Positions 46,318 through 55,893 of a stretch of 64,000 nucleotides of DNA are shown one piece after another. Source of the DNA: a virus; IMG/VR virus record IMGVR_UViG_3300049734_000086, positions 1-64,000 of that record; one strand, written 5' to 3'. The notes beneath the pieces are model-generated. The model was not told the DNA's origin and did no database searches. It worked only from the letters and a program-made list of their open reading frames with translations. The position numbers and the translations under genes were made by a program. Numbering within the stretch: position 1 is the first letter of the stretch; every line of letters begins with the position of its first letter.

Positions 46318-46496
46318 GTGACACCGACACCGTCTACCGGGGCGAGCGCATCTACTGGCACACGGTCCCGCACCCCGACGGCCAGCCGCAACTGGTGTGC
46401 AGCGTGCGGAACTGGAGCGGGATCTGGAACAGCGAGCAGGCCGCCAAGGACTACATCGACTGGGTGCTGCAGACCCGGGGGAGGTACCGGACATGA
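46314..46496 (+). CDS. hypothetical protein
   Basis: ATGA-coupled. Confidence 0.6.
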   Translation: MSDTDTVYRGERIYWHTVPHPDGQPQLVCSVRNWSGIWNSEQAAKDYIDWVLQTRGRYRT

Positions 46497-46630
46497 CCCC
46501 GGACCAAGCAGACCAGATCATCCGCCTCCTCAGAGGCATCCTGTTCGCCATCGACTTCCTCGCCGTAATTGTGGCGGGTGCGGGCATCGCCATCTGGGGT
46601 GCGACCAGACGCCTCGCCTCGAAGTCCTGA
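46493..46630 (+). CDS. small membrane protein
   Basis: ILFAIDFLAVIVAGAGIAIWG. Confidence 0.55.
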   Translation: MTPDQADQIIRLLRGILFAIDFLAVIVAGAGIAIWGATRRLASKS

Positions 46631-46697
46631 CGAGGAAGTGGCGGTAAGGCTCGGACTCTACCGGCGATTTCGACGACTCACACGGAGGCAACGCGCA

Positions 46698-48311
46698 ATG
46701 ACCCTACAGACCGTACGACACTGGAGCCCTGCCCAGCAGGCCATCTTCGAGTGGATCGAGCATCCCGAACGTAACACTAAGCGCAATCTGGTCGTGGAGG
46801 CCAAGGCGGGAACCGGCAAGACCACCACCATCATCGAGGGTGTCAACCGTGCCCCCGACCCCCTGGCCCTGCTCTCGGCCTTCAACAAGTCCATCGCTAC
46901 CGAACTCCAGCGCCGCCTGACCCGGCCCGGAGCCGAGGCTTTCACACTCCATTCCATCGGCTTCCAGTGCGTGAAGCGGGTGTGGCGTGGGGTGCGGGTG
47001 GACGAGAACCAGAACCGTCACTGGAATCTGGCCAGGACGGTGGTGGGGTGCGCGGACAGGCGGGGGATCCTGAGCCTGGAGCCCGGGGCGGTGCAGGCCC
47101 CGTTCTCCGTGGTCAGACTGATGGCCAGTCTCAACCAGCAGGTCCGGGAACTCACCGCCTTCCCGACCCGCGACGACATCATGGACATCATGGTGGAGTA
47201 CGAGCTGTCGCCGGACGACCAGCTCAAGATGATGGGCTGGCAGCCCGAGCGGCTGGCGGAACTGACCCTCCAGGTCCTGGAGACGGCCGCCACCGTCCGT
47301 CCCCCGGCGGGGATCGACTTCGCCGACATGCTGTTCCTGCCGGTCAGGAACAACTGGATGGTCCCCGCCTACGACCTCGTAGTCATCGACGAGCGCCAGG
47401 ACATGAACCCACTACAAGTGGCCATCGCCAAGGGGGTGTGCAAGCCCGGTGGGCGCATCATCGCGGTCGGGGACACCCGGCAGGCCATCTACGGGTTCAG
47501 GGGCGCGGACACCAAGTCCCTCGATGCCCTGCAGCAGGAGCTGGATGCTGATGTACTCCCGCTCAACACCACGTACAGGTGCGGCAAGGCCATCGTGGCC
47601 GTGGCCAAGGAGCTGGTGCCCGAGTTCGAGGCCGGGGAGGAGAACCCAGAAGGGGTAGTACGGACTGTGGGCATGGACCAGATGCTGGAGCAGATCGGGC
47701 CGGAGGACTTCATGCTCTCCCGGATCAACGCCCCGATGATTGCCGTGGCCATGAGCCTGATCCGCGCCGGGAAGCGGACCCGGGTGCAGGGCAACGAGCT
47801 GGGCAAGGGGCTCAAGGCCCTGGCGGTGAGACTGGCCAAGGAGGCCGGGAGCGTGGAGGACTGGCTCGACGCCCTGGGACGGTGGGAGATGGAGGAGGTG
47901 CGGCGGGCCGAGGAGCGGGACATGCAGCGCCGGGCCGACTTCGTCAGGGATCAAGCCGAGACCCTGAGAGTGGTAGCGGACGGCATCACGTCGGTGAGTG
48001 AGGTGTCGACCCGGCTCTCCCAGTTGTTCGACGTAAACCCCAACCTGCCCGGGTTCATCGTCTGTAGCTCCGTGCATCGGGCCAAGGGGCTGGAGGCCGA
48101 GCGGGTGTTCGTGCTCCGGGACACCCTGGACCTGCCAGTACCGTGTGACTGCGGGCATCGGCACCAGGGGAAGGAAGCGTGTCCGAAGGGGTGCGGGTGT
48201 ACCAAGTACCGGGTCAATGCCGTGGCGCAGCAGGAGGAGAAGAATCTGACCTACGTGGCCGTGACCCGGGCCAAGCAGGAATTGGTGTGGGTGGTCGGGG
48301 AGAAGGAGTAG
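46698..48311 (+). CDS. UvrD/Rep-family SF1 helicase
   Basis: AKAGTGKT, TLHS, DFADML, IDERQD, VGDTRQAIYGFRGA, TYRC, HRAKGLE, YVAVTRAK. Confidence 0.93.
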   Translation: MTLQTVRHWSPAQQAIFEWIEHPERNTKRNLVVEAKAGTGKTTTIIEGVNRAPDPLALLSAFNKSIATELQRRLTRPGAEAFTLHSIGFQCVKRVWRGVRVDENQNRHWNLARTVVGCADRRGILSLEPGAVQAPFSVVRLMASLNQQVRELTAFPTRDDIMDIMVEYELSPDDQLKMMGWQPERLAELTLQVLETAATVRPPAGIDFADMLFLPVRNNWMVPAYDLVVIDERQDMNPLQVAIAKGVCKPGGRIIAVGDTRQAIYGFRGADTKSLDALQQELDADVLPLNTTYRCGKAIVAVAKELVPEFEAGEENPEGVVRTVGMDQMLEQIGPEDFMLSRINAPMIAVAMSLIRAGKRTRVQGNELGKGLKALAVRLAKEAGSVEDWLDALGRWEMEEVRRAEERDMQRRADFVRDQAETLRVVADGITSVSEVSTRLSQLFDVNPNLPGFIVCSSVHRAKGLEAERVFVLRDTLDLPVPCDCGHRHQGKEACPKGCGCTKYRVNAVAQQEEKNLTYVAVTRAKQELVWVVGEKE

Positions 48312-48313
48312 GG

Positions 48314-48448
48314 ATGCGGGCCATGGTCGTCACGGCGATCCTGCTCTCCCACTTGGCGGTGGGTCTGGCCAAGTCGGCCAGTGAGTTGGCGGAGACGGTG
48401 TGGGAGTGGTGGAGGGACAGCAGGGACGGGAGGGAGGGGGAGTCATGA
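48314..48448 (+). CDS. small hypothetical protein
   Basis: AAGGAG RBS. Confidence 0.45.
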   Translation: MRAMVVTAILLSHLAVGLAKSASELAETVWEWWRDSRDGREGES

Positions 48449-48984
48449 AGCGTTCCATCGATGTCGAGGTCAGGAAGCAGAAGGGGATCCGAGGCGTCAT
48501 CACCGGCTACGTCGCCAGTGTCGGGCCCATCGAGGCCTACGGGACCACCGAGGAGGGGGCCGTGGAGGGGGTCGAGGAGCTGGTCCGGCAGGCGTTGGGA
48601 CGGCTGGACCAGGGCCCATTGACCGGACAGGTCTACGGCAACTGGTACGTGGTGTTCCCGACGGCCCAGGGCTGGGGCACATGGTGCGACGTGTACTCGG
48701 GGCAGAACTACTACACCGAGAACGGGTGTGACAGCCGGGACGAGGCCGAGAGGAGCATCATCAGGCATCTGGCCTTGCAGTCCTGGACGTTCGAGGCCGC
48801 CAGTGACGAGGAGTACGTCCTGGGGGTGCCGAAGCTGACCGAGCGGGAGAGGAAGGAGGTGCTGGCCCAGCTCCGGTGGTACCGGGAGATGAAGCGGCTG
48901 GTGGGGAAGGGGTACACGGACCACGAGGCCAGACAGATCATCGGCGGGTTCATGACAGAGACGGCGGAGGGGCCCCATGCCTAG
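48445..48984 (+). CDS. hypothetical protein
   Basis: ATGA-coupled; codon bias. Confidence 0.65.
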   Translation: MKRSIDVEVRKQKGIRGVITGYVASVGPIEAYGTTEEGAVEGVEELVRQALGRLDQGPLTGQVYGNWYVVFPTAQGWGTWCDVYSGQNYYTENGCDSRDEAERSIIRHLALQSWTFEAASDEEYVLGVPKLTERERKEVLAQLRWYREMKRLVGKGYTDHEARQIIGGFMTETAEGPHA

Positions 48985-49216
48985 GAACGTGCGGAACTGG
49001 TGGCTGGAGCTGGACATCGACGGCAAGACACAGCGCATCGAGGCCGGGCCCCAGTCGAGAGTGGGCGGGTTCACCCTGACCATCAAGCAGCGGGACCAGG
49101 GGGACATCGTGACGGCCCTGGAGGTCACAGGGCTGGCCGACGGGCGTGGGAATCTACTCCTGCGGGCCGAGATGGACGCCTGTGAGCCGCTGGAGTTCCG
49201 GTCGACGAGGGACTAA
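48977..49216 (+). CDS. hypothetical phage protein
   Basis: VRNWW.ELDIDG..GP...GGF. Confidence 0.65.
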   Translation: MPRNVRNWWLELDIDGKTQRIEAGPQSRVGGFTLTIKQRDQGDIVTALEVTGLADGRGNLLLRAEMDACEPLEFRSTRD

Positions 49217-49220
49217 AGCC

Positions 49221-49346
49221 ATGAAGCGGATCAGAGACTGGCTGTCGTCGCTGGACCTGGAGGACTGGGCCGCCCTGGCGTGCCTGGGGAGCCTGCTGTT
49301 CCTGCTGTTCATCTTCGCGGACTATCTGATGTGGAGGACGCTATGA
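49221..49346 (+). CDS. small membrane protein
   Basis: One hydrophobic segment. Confidence 0.5.
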   Translation: MKRIRDWLSSLDLEDWAALACLGSLLFLLFIFADYLMWRTL

Positions 49347-50002
49347 GTCGAGAGTACGAAGTCGAGCGGTTCGACGTAGAGGGCCTGACGGTGCGGATCG
49401 TCCAGGACCCCGACCCCCAGGACCCACGGGAGGATGACAACCTGGGCACCATGGTGTGCTGGCACCGGAGGGCCACACTGGGCGACGGGGGGCTGTACAC
49501 ACGGAAGGGGATGGAGCAGTTCAAGTTCGCCGAGCCCCAGGACTACTACCGCTGGAAGGAACTGACCAGTGAGGACGGCGACCCCGTGGCCGTGGAGCTG
49601 CCCCTCAGCCTCTACGAGCACGGCGGCATGACCATGTGGGCGGGGCGGCCGGGCGAAGGGCCACCGGGGACCAACTGCCAGTGGGACAGCGGGCAGGTCG
49701 GGTACATCTTCGTGACCCGGAAGAAGGCCCTGGCGGACATGGGCTGGAAGCTGCTGACGATGACCCGGCTGCAGAAGCTGACCGAGATACTGACCAGCGA
49801 GGTCAAGACCTACGACCAGTTCCTCCAAGGCGACATCTACGGCTACGTGGTGGAGGACGTGGAGGGGGAGTCCCTGGACTCGTGCTGGGGGTTCTACGGG
49901 ATGGAGGAGGTCAGGAGCGAGGGGAAGGGCGCGGCCGAGTGCATCCTGGCCGAGCGGGAGAAGGCCAGGAAGGACGAGCAGGAGGAGCGTGATGGAGCTT
50001 GA
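49343..50002 (+). CDS. conserved phage early protein
   Basis: DPRE.DNLGTMVCWHRR..LG, YEHGG, WDSGQVG, DSCWGFYG. Confidence 0.75.
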   Translation: MSREYEVERFDVEGLTVRIVQDPDPQDPREDDNLGTMVCWHRRATLGDGGLYTRKGMEQFKFAEPQDYYRWKELTSEDGDPVAVELPLSLYEHGGMTMWAGRPGEGPPGTNCQWDSGQVGYIFVTRKKALADMGWKLLTMTRLQKLTEILTSEVKTYDQFLQGDIYGYVVEDVEGESLDSCWGFYGMEEVRSEGKGAAECILAEREKARKDEQEERDGA

Positions 50003-50186
50003 CGCCAAGCGGGTCTACAAGGGGCTGCGCGGACTGGTCCGGCGGGTACGGATCCTGGAGAACGACCGCAATCTCAAACGCCACTGCAGCGCCAAGAGCA
50101 TGAAGGCCTTGGCGGAGCTGTCCTTGATGGCCGACAAGCTGGAGGCGGTGTTCCAGATGGCTGTGGAGGAGAGCGATGGCGCATGA
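49989..50186 (+). CDS. hypothetical protein
   Basis: GGAGGAG RBS. Confidence 0.55.
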   Translation: MMELDAKRVYKGLRGLVRRVRILENDRNLKRHCSAKSMKALAELSLMADKLEAVFQMAVEESDGA

Positions 50187-50388
50187 TCGCAACCCGCACC
50201 TCCCGGCCATTGGCAGCCCCTGGACCCACGCCATCAAGAAGCGGCTGTGGCCCAGACCACTGCTCAACCAGGCGGCGAGGCCGGTGCGGCGGAGGCCGCT
50301 GAGGAAGCTGCTCGCGGATCTGCGGAAGCAGTCACTGCAACGGTGGATGAATCTGTCGCGCTACAGCCGAAAGAGGTATCGACCATGA
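50176..50388 (+). CDS. basic hypothetical protein
   Basis: Coupled ORF. Confidence 0.5.
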   Translation: MAHDRNPHLPAIGSPWTHAIKKRLWPRPLLNQAARPVRRRPLRKLLADLRKQSLQRWMNLSRYSRKRYRP

Positions 50389-50624
50389 GCACTCCCTACT
50401 GGACCATCGAACGAGCCTTCAAGGCCGGGTTCAATGCCGGGTTCGCCGTGACGGGAGAGGGCTGGAACCAGGAGTACCCGTTCAGCACCCAGGATCCGTC
50501 TGACCAGAGCCGTGAGAAGGAGCGGGCAGACGACCTGGAGAGATACATCCACGAGCGGCAGGCCGCCTGGGAGCAGTTCCAGCGAGACCTGAAGGCTGGG
50601 AAGACACCGGAGACCGACCAATGA
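50385..50624 (+). CDS. hypothetical protein
   Basis: AF.AGF...GEGWN.EYPF. Confidence 0.6.
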   Translation: MSTPYWTIERAFKAGFNAGFAVTGEGWNQEYPFSTQDPSDQSREKERADDLERYIHERQAAWEQFQRDLKAGKTPETDQ

Positions 50625-51640
50625 AAACCTTCGACTACATCCGCGCCTGGGACCGCATCGCCTATCCGGCGTGGCAGACCCTGAGTCCTGACATCAAAGC
50701 CCTGGTCTTACGGACCCACGTGGTCGCCAAGGATCTGGGGCAGGGGGACGATCTCCAGATGCTGTGGCCCGAGGTTCTGAAGACCAGGGTCCACTTCCGT
50801 ATGTCGTTCGAGGACTTCACCTCGGCCGATCTGGCCTTCGCGGCCCGGGTTGTCAATGCCCTGGGCCACTGGTACCACGCCCGGGCCGAGCACCAGGAGC
50901 CGTGGCTCGACGACCGGCTTGGGACGCACTGGAAGTTCGCCCGCTACTGCGACCAAGTCCTGCAGGCCAGACTGCAGATCCCACAGCCCGTGGGCTCGAG
51001 TACCACCGGGTTCGGCCTGGAGATCCACGAGGGGGCCATCCGGCTCACCTACGCCTCCACCCGCTCGTGGTCCTGGCGGGAGGTGGCCGTGGCGACCGAG
51101 GAGGGCAAGACGCTGGCCGAGCAGATCAAGGCCGACAGCCAGCGGAGGATCAGTAACATCAACCGCTCCTGGGCTGCCCGCCGTGACAGGGAGGCCTGGA
51201 CCTACATGGAGTACCTGAAGTCCCCGGGCGTCATCGACTGGCCCGAGCCGTGGCGGCCGTTCATGAACCTGGAGCCGATGATGATCGACGAGGAGGAGTT
51301 CAAGGCCCGGGAGGCCCAGCACCCGGACGTGAAGGAGCAGACAGTCAAGGCCCTGATCACGAGGCACCAGAAGCAGGTCGCCGAACTGGACACGGAACTG
51401 GCAGGCAAGATCTGGCTGCTGAATCACGGCCAGGACCTGAGCAACTGGATCTACTATGCCCACACCGAGACGTTCACGTGCGGGTGGTACCGGCCCGTGA
51501 GCCCCGAGCGGCTGGAGGTGATCCGGCGGCAGGTGGCGGGGATACCCTGGAAGGCCACAGTGAAAGTGGAGGGGCAGGGGGAAGTGACACTGACGACGAC
51601 AGGCATGGCGCTGCATACGGAGACCAAGATCCATGGATGA
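50621..51640 (+). CDS. hypothetical protein (339 aa)
   Basis: Long coupled ORF with strong codon bias. Confidence 0.75.
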   Translation: MKTFDYIRAWDRIAYPAWQTLSPDIKALVLRTHVVAKDLGQGDDLQMLWPEVLKTRVHFRMSFEDFTSADLAFAARVVNALGHWYHARAEHQEPWLDDRLGTHWKFARYCDQVLQARLQIPQPVGSSTTGFGLEIHEGAIRLTYASTRSWSWREVAVATEEGKTLAEQIKADSQRRISNINRSWAARRDREAWTYMEYLKSPGVIDWPEPWRPFMNLEPMMIDEEEFKAREAQHPDVKEQTVKALITRHQKQVAELDTELAGKIWLLNHGQDLSNWIYYAHTETFTCGWYRPVSPERLEVIRRQVAGIPWKATVKVEGQGEVTLTTTGMALHTETKIHG

Positions 51641-51974
51641 CAAACCGACGACTTCGACGATGGACAAGTTCGACCGCGCCCTCCACAACCTGGATGGCCG
51701 ACCCGACGTACTGACGACCGCCGCCACCACCGTGGTGACCGTGCCCTATCTGACCGGGCCGGTCACGACCTTCATCGTCCAGACCAAGCGTGTCATGAAG
51801 GAAGGCGACACCATCTTCCTGCAGTACCTCGACGAGGAGGGCTCCCGGCGCATCGTCATCCCCGCCAAGGTGGCCAACGTGATGGCCAGACAGCGGGAGA
51901 GTCTGACCGCCAAGAGCCGGAAGCGGGCCGCGCAGCAGGGCCAGCAGACCAAGAAGGAGAAGGCCGGGAAGTGA
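51633..51974 (+). CDS. hypothetical protein
   Basis: Coupled ORF. Confidence 0.65.
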   Translation: MDDKPTTSTMDKFDRALHNLDGRPDVLTTAATTVVTVPYLTGPVTTFIVQTKRVMKEGDTIFLQYLDEEGSRRIVIPAKVANVMARQRESLTAKSRKRAAQQGQQTKKEKAGK

Positions 51975-52118
51975 TCCTGACGTGGCTGCTGCGGATGTTC
52001 TTCCGCTGGCGCTGGCATCGCCGGGCCCCCACGCACGACTACGTCAACAGCCACGCCAAGGGTCCCTACTACCACAGCAAGTACGACCGCACAGACGAAG
52101 ACTGATCATGGAGACTCA

Positions 52119-52898
52119 ATGGATCACACCACGTTCTCTTGGCTCGACCCACCGACCCTGACCGTCATGCCCAAGGGCCTCGCCATCCGCGAGCGCCTGC
52201 ACCGGCACGGGCGAGCCACCCTGGCCGACCGCCCCACCATCCCCAACACCGGGGCGCTGGTCCGGTTCGTCATGCCGTACCTCGCCTACCTCCCCCGCGA
52301 GCGGATGGTGGCGGTGTTCACCGACTCGAACATGCAGGTCAACGGGGCCGCCGTGATGGGCGAGGGCACCTCGGTCGGGGTCCTCTGTGACCTCAAGGCC
52401 CTGGTGCGCTACGCCTCCTACACCAACGCCTCGGGGGTGTTTTTGGCCCACAACCACCCCAGCGAGCTGCCCGAGCCCTCGCCCGAGGACGAGGCGTTGA
52501 CCAGAAACGTCCGGGTGGTGCTCAACGTCCTGGGCGTGGAGCTGGTCGACCACGTGATCCTCTCCCAGGACCACTACTGGTCGTTCGCCGACGCCCAGCA
52601 CCCGGCGATTGTGGCCAACCGGGGTGTGAGCCAGCAGATTCTGGCCATCGGGGTCAGGATGGGGGTTCACACCGGGGTGGTACCGAGTGATAATACGGAT
52701 GACACAAGTGATGACGCACGAACACTGACCAAGGAGACCGACGATGGCCAAGACGACGAAGACCAAGACCAAGACCGCCAAGACCAAGACCGCCAAGCCC
52801 AAGAAGCAGCCGAAGCAGGCGACGGGACCCGCGCAGGTGAAGCCCCAGGCCAGGGCCCGGAAGGCCAAGGCCCCCAAGGCCCCCAAGGCCGCCAGTAA
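52119..52898 (+). CDS. RadC-like JAB domain protein
   Basis: AHNHPS..PEPS.ED..LT..LVDHVI; tail overlaps the next promoter and gene. Confidence 0.85.
   Translation: MDHTTFSWLDPPTLTVMPKGLAIRERLHRHGRATLADRPTIPNTGALVRFVMPYLAYLPRERMVAVFTDSNMQVNGAAVMGEGTSVGVLCDLKALVRYASYTNASGVFLAHNHPSELPEPSPEDEALTRNVRVVLNVLGVELVDHVILSQDHYWSFADAQHPAIVANRGVSQQILAIGVRMGVHTGVVPSDNTDDTSDDARTLTKETDDGQDDEDQDQDRQDQDRQAQEAAEAGDGTRAGEAPGQGPEGQGPQGPQGRQ
52666..52694 (+). promoter_or_regulatory. sigma70-like promoter
   Basis: TTCACA-17-GATAAT upstream of AAGGAG RBS of gene at 52744. Confidence 0.55.
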
Positions 52899-53172
52899 CG
52901 GCATCCCCATCATCGTGGCTGGGCGCACCCTGACCGACATCGCCAACGGAGTCGGCAGCTCGGTGGCCTTCATCGCCCGCTGCTACAAGGGACGCAGGGC
53001 CCCGAGCCTTGCCACCTACTTCGACATCGTGGACTTCACCGGCATGGACTACGCCGAGGCCCGCACGACCTTCTGCAGCTTCGCCAAGCGCACCCGGCAG
53101 ACCCCGGTGGCGCTCAAGGCGATGAAGGCCATCCGGGGCGGCAAGGCCCTGAAGTCCCAGCAGGCGGCCTGA
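52744..53172 (+). CDS. HTH DNA-binding protein with Lys/Ala-rich tail
   Basis: TLTDIANGVGSSVAFIARC..GRRAPSL (XRE-like); KTKTAK repeats. Confidence 0.7.
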   Translation: MAKTTKTKTKTAKTKTAKPKKQPKQATGPAQVKPQARARKAKAPKAPKAASNGIPIIVAGRTLTDIANGVGSSVAFIARCYKGRRAPSLATYFDIVDFTGMDYAEARTTFCSFAKRTRQTPVALKAMKAIRGGKALKSQQAA

Positions 53173-53178
53173 CCCCCC

Positions 53179-54093
53179 GTGGCCCGCACCTACAACTGGT
53201 CCTGGCCCCCCAAAGGGGTCAGGCCCGAGGCCTGGAAAGCCACCGAGACCATCTGCAAAGAGGCGATCAAGCGGAGCGGGACCACCACCTGCTCCTGCGC
53301 CTTCTCCACCGGCAAGGACTCGCTGGCGATGATGATTGCGCTCCACCACTTCTTCGAGACCGTGGTCCCCGTGTTCTGGTACCACGTGCCCAACCTCGGG
53401 TTCATCGAACGGAGCCTGGAGTACTACGAGCGGGTGTTCAAGACCCAGACGGTCAGACTGCCTCACCCGTACCGCTTCTACCACTTCTCCTACTTCCAGC
53501 TCCAGCCGCCCGACCGGATCGCGGCCATGGACTGGATCATGGCGGAGGTTCCTGATTTCACCATGGACTCCCTGTTCGGCGAGGTGCGGACCCAGTACGG
53601 CCTCGACAAGCTGGGAGGCTCGAAGATCGGGGCGATGCACGCCACCGGGATCCGGGCGGCCGACTCCCCGATCCGGGCCAGTCTCTACCGCAAGCACGGC
53701 GGGTTCGCGCCCGCTGGCCTGCTGTTCTACCCAGTGATCACCTGGAACCTCGACGACATCGAGGCGGCCTTGGACCACACCGGCCTGATGCTGCCGCCCG
53801 AGTACCGCTTCATCGGCCGCAGCTTCGACGGCATCATGCGGCGCTACACGACACCAGTGAAGGAGCATTGGCCGGAGGACTGGGTCAAGATCCTCGACGA
53901 CTTCCCGCTGGCCGACCTGGAGTTCTTCCGGGCCGAGAAGGTCACACCGCCGGAGCTGCTGAAGCCGCTCTACAAGTTCATCGGACGCGAGGGACCGAAG
54001 ATGAGCGATACTCTCCGCCGGGAGGAGACCGCACATGCAACCGACTCGACTCGCCCTGGTGACCGCCCTCGTCGCCGTCGCCCTGACCGCTAG
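53179..54093 (+). CDS. PAPS-reductase-like (PP-loop) protein
   Basis: AFSTGKDS, TGIRAADS..R, YPVITW, GRSFDG. Confidence 0.8.
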   Translation: MARTYNWSWPPKGVRPEAWKATETICKEAIKRSGTTTCSCAFSTGKDSLAMMIALHHFFETVVPVFWYHVPNLGFIERSLEYYERVFKTQTVRLPHPYRFYHFSYFQLQPPDRIAAMDWIMAEVPDFTMDSLFGEVRTQYGLDKLGGSKIGAMHATGIRAADSPIRASLYRKHGGFAPAGLLFYPVITWNLDDIEAALDHTGLMLPPEYRFIGRSFDGIMRRYTTPVKEHWPEDWVKILDDFPLADLEFFRAEKVTPPELLKPLYKFIGREGPKMSDTLRREETAHATDSTRPGDRPRRRRPDR

Positions 54094-54982
54094 AGGCCAC
54101 ACGCAAGTCCGCGAACTCGAACTGCTGGTGGTGATGGACGGGGAGTTCACCCAGCGCATCGCCCCCACCACGCCCCAGCAGTGGCTCGACGCCCTGGTGA
54201 CGGAGTCCAATGTCTGGTGGGAGAGGGACCTGGGCATCCGGCTCAAGGTCGTCCGCCTCGACGCCTTTCCCGACCCGGCGACCGACCCGTTCACGGCGGC
54301 CACGGACAACCCACAGGGCACGCTCGACGAGATCTCGGCCTACGGCAATGCAGTCAGTACCCCCCGAGACGCCGCGCATCTGTTCACCGGCCGCGCGATG
54401 ATGTACGGCGGCTACACCTACGTCGGGGTGACGTGCAAGCACCCGGCGTTCAGTTATGGCTGGTCGCAGTTGGGGTTCTGGGGCTACAACTGGACGATTG
54501 CCGTGGCGAGCGTGGAGCTGGCCCACCAGTTGGCGGGTGTCTACTACGACAACATCCCGAGCTGTGACGGGGCCTTGTTGGGCAAAGGGCCAGCGCCGGA
54601 GGACTACCACCAGTACTGGTTCTGCGCCGCAGCCAAGGCCGACATCGACGCCCACTTGGCGGCCAACCCCCCATGTCTGACCACCGAGGGCGGACCCCCG
54701 CCCACCGACACGCAGTCCCCAGTGGTCAGTATCATCGAGCCGTCGGGCAATAGGATCCCGGCGGGCCCGACCTTCACCATCTCGGCCCAGGCCACCGACA
54801 ATGTCGCCGTGGCGCGGGTGGACATGGCGGTCAATGGCGTGCTGGCGTGTACCGACGACCTGTCGCCCTACGCCTGCACCGCCCCGCAGAACGCGAAGAA
54901 CAAGAACTACCGGATCGAGGTCCGCGCCTACGACACGGCGGGGAACGTCGGGACGGCCAGTAAGACGGTACGAGCACGATGA
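54035..54982 (+). CDS. secreted reprolysin-like pseudo-metalloprotease with Ig-like domain
   Basis: Signal peptide; RDAAHLFTG, G.TYVG..C; zinc motif altered to VELAHQLAGVYY; DT..P.V, ATDNVAV..V, AYDTAGN. Confidence 0.7.
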   Translation: MQPTRLALVTALVAVALTARGHTQVRELELLVVMDGEFTQRIAPTTPQQWLDALVTESNVWWERDLGIRLKVVRLDAFPDPATDPFTAATDNPQGTLDEISAYGNAVSTPRDAAHLFTGRAMMYGGYTYVGVTCKHPAFSYGWSQLGFWGYNWTIAVASVELAHQLAGVYYDNIPSCDGALLGKGPAPEDYHQYWFCAAAKADIDAHLAANPPCLTTEGGPPPTDTQSPVVSIIEPSGNRIPAGPTFTISAQATDNVAVARVDMAVNGVLACTDDLSPYACTAPQNAKNKNYRIEVRAYDTAGNVGTASKTVRAR

Positions 54983-55021
54983 GTCGGATGACCCGAATGA
55001 TCAAGGAGACGCGCAACCCCT

Positions 55022-55531
55022 ATGGCGAAGAAACCCCTACCCCCGATGCGGCACATGGTGCGGACCAGCGGCCCTGGTGCCCGCCCGATGACTAAGCCGA
55101 AGTCCGGCATCCAGAGCAAAGCGCAGAAGCAGGCCGAGGAGGACCTGGAGATGACGCCGCTGGAACTGGTCCAGCAGGCCGAGGTCGAACTGGCCAGTAT
55201 CGCCGCCAGCCGGAACGACCCGAAGAACGTCGAGTGGCGCAAGGCGCGGATGAAGTCGCAGCAGCAGATGGCCGACGCCAACAATACCGAGTACTGGTGC
55301 TGCGTGTGCTTCCAGAGCGAGGAGCAGAAACTGGACTTCCTGAAGCAGTCTGGCCTCCTCCGCCACGACGAGGACAAGTACTTCACCGCCCAGGAAGTCG
55401 TCGACGCATGGAACGAGGGGAGGAGCCGCAAGCCCCTGAAGTTGACAGCGGACAGTCGTGGGCACCATACTCTGCCGGTGAACCGGCGATGGTCGCGCTT
55501 CGCCATGCCCATTGAGGGGCCTGGGGAATAG
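55022..55531 (+). CDS. hypothetical protein, PAPS-reductase module
   Basis: TEYWCCVCFQS.EQK..FL; AAGGAG RBS. Confidence 0.7.
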   Translation: MAKKPLPPMRHMVRTSGPGARPMTKPKSGIQSKAQKQAEEDLEMTPLELVQQAEVELASIAASRNDPKNVEWRKARMKSQQQMADANNTEYWCCVCFQSEEQKLDFLKQSGLLRHDEDKYFTAQEVVDAWNEGRSRKPLKLTADSRGHHTLPVNRRWSRFAMPIEGPGE

Positions 55532-55596
55532 GTCGCGTCAAGGACCCAGCCGGTCAGAATGCTCACCCCGGAGCCAAGCGGGGAGGGAGACAGAAT

Positions 55597-55794
55597 ATGC
55601 AGTACGCATTCACCGGCAAAAATCTCGTGTCCATGGCGTGTGTCCCGGCGACGGGCGGGGGCCGTGGTGGCCGTCGGCGTCGAGCGGGTCGTCAACCGAA
55701 TGGCCGTCCCCTCCTGCGTGGGGCTGCGGCTCGGAGAAGTAACGCGGCGTTCCGGCGTCGACTTCTGAGACTCCAGGAGGCGGGGATCCGCTAA
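55597..55794 (+). CDS. Arg/Gly-rich small protein with 14-aa leader
   Basis: MQYAFTGKNLVSMA-CVPATGGGRGGRRRR; GGAGA RBS. Confidence 0.65.
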   Translation: MQYAFTGKNLVSMACVPATGGGRGGRRRRAGRQPNGRPLLRGAAARRSNAAFRRRLLRLQEAGIR

Positions 55795-55847
55795 CGGACT
55801 GAGGGCAGTCGGCAGTCGGCAACGGTCGACGGCCGCAGTCGGCGTAC

Positions 55848-55893
55848 AAGAAAAAACCCCTAACAGGTTCTAAGGGCCTGTTAGGGGTTTCTT
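55848..55893. terminator. bidirectional intrinsic terminator
   Basis: AAACCCCTAACAGG/CCTGTTAGGGGTTT stem with A/T tails between convergent units. Confidence 0.85.
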
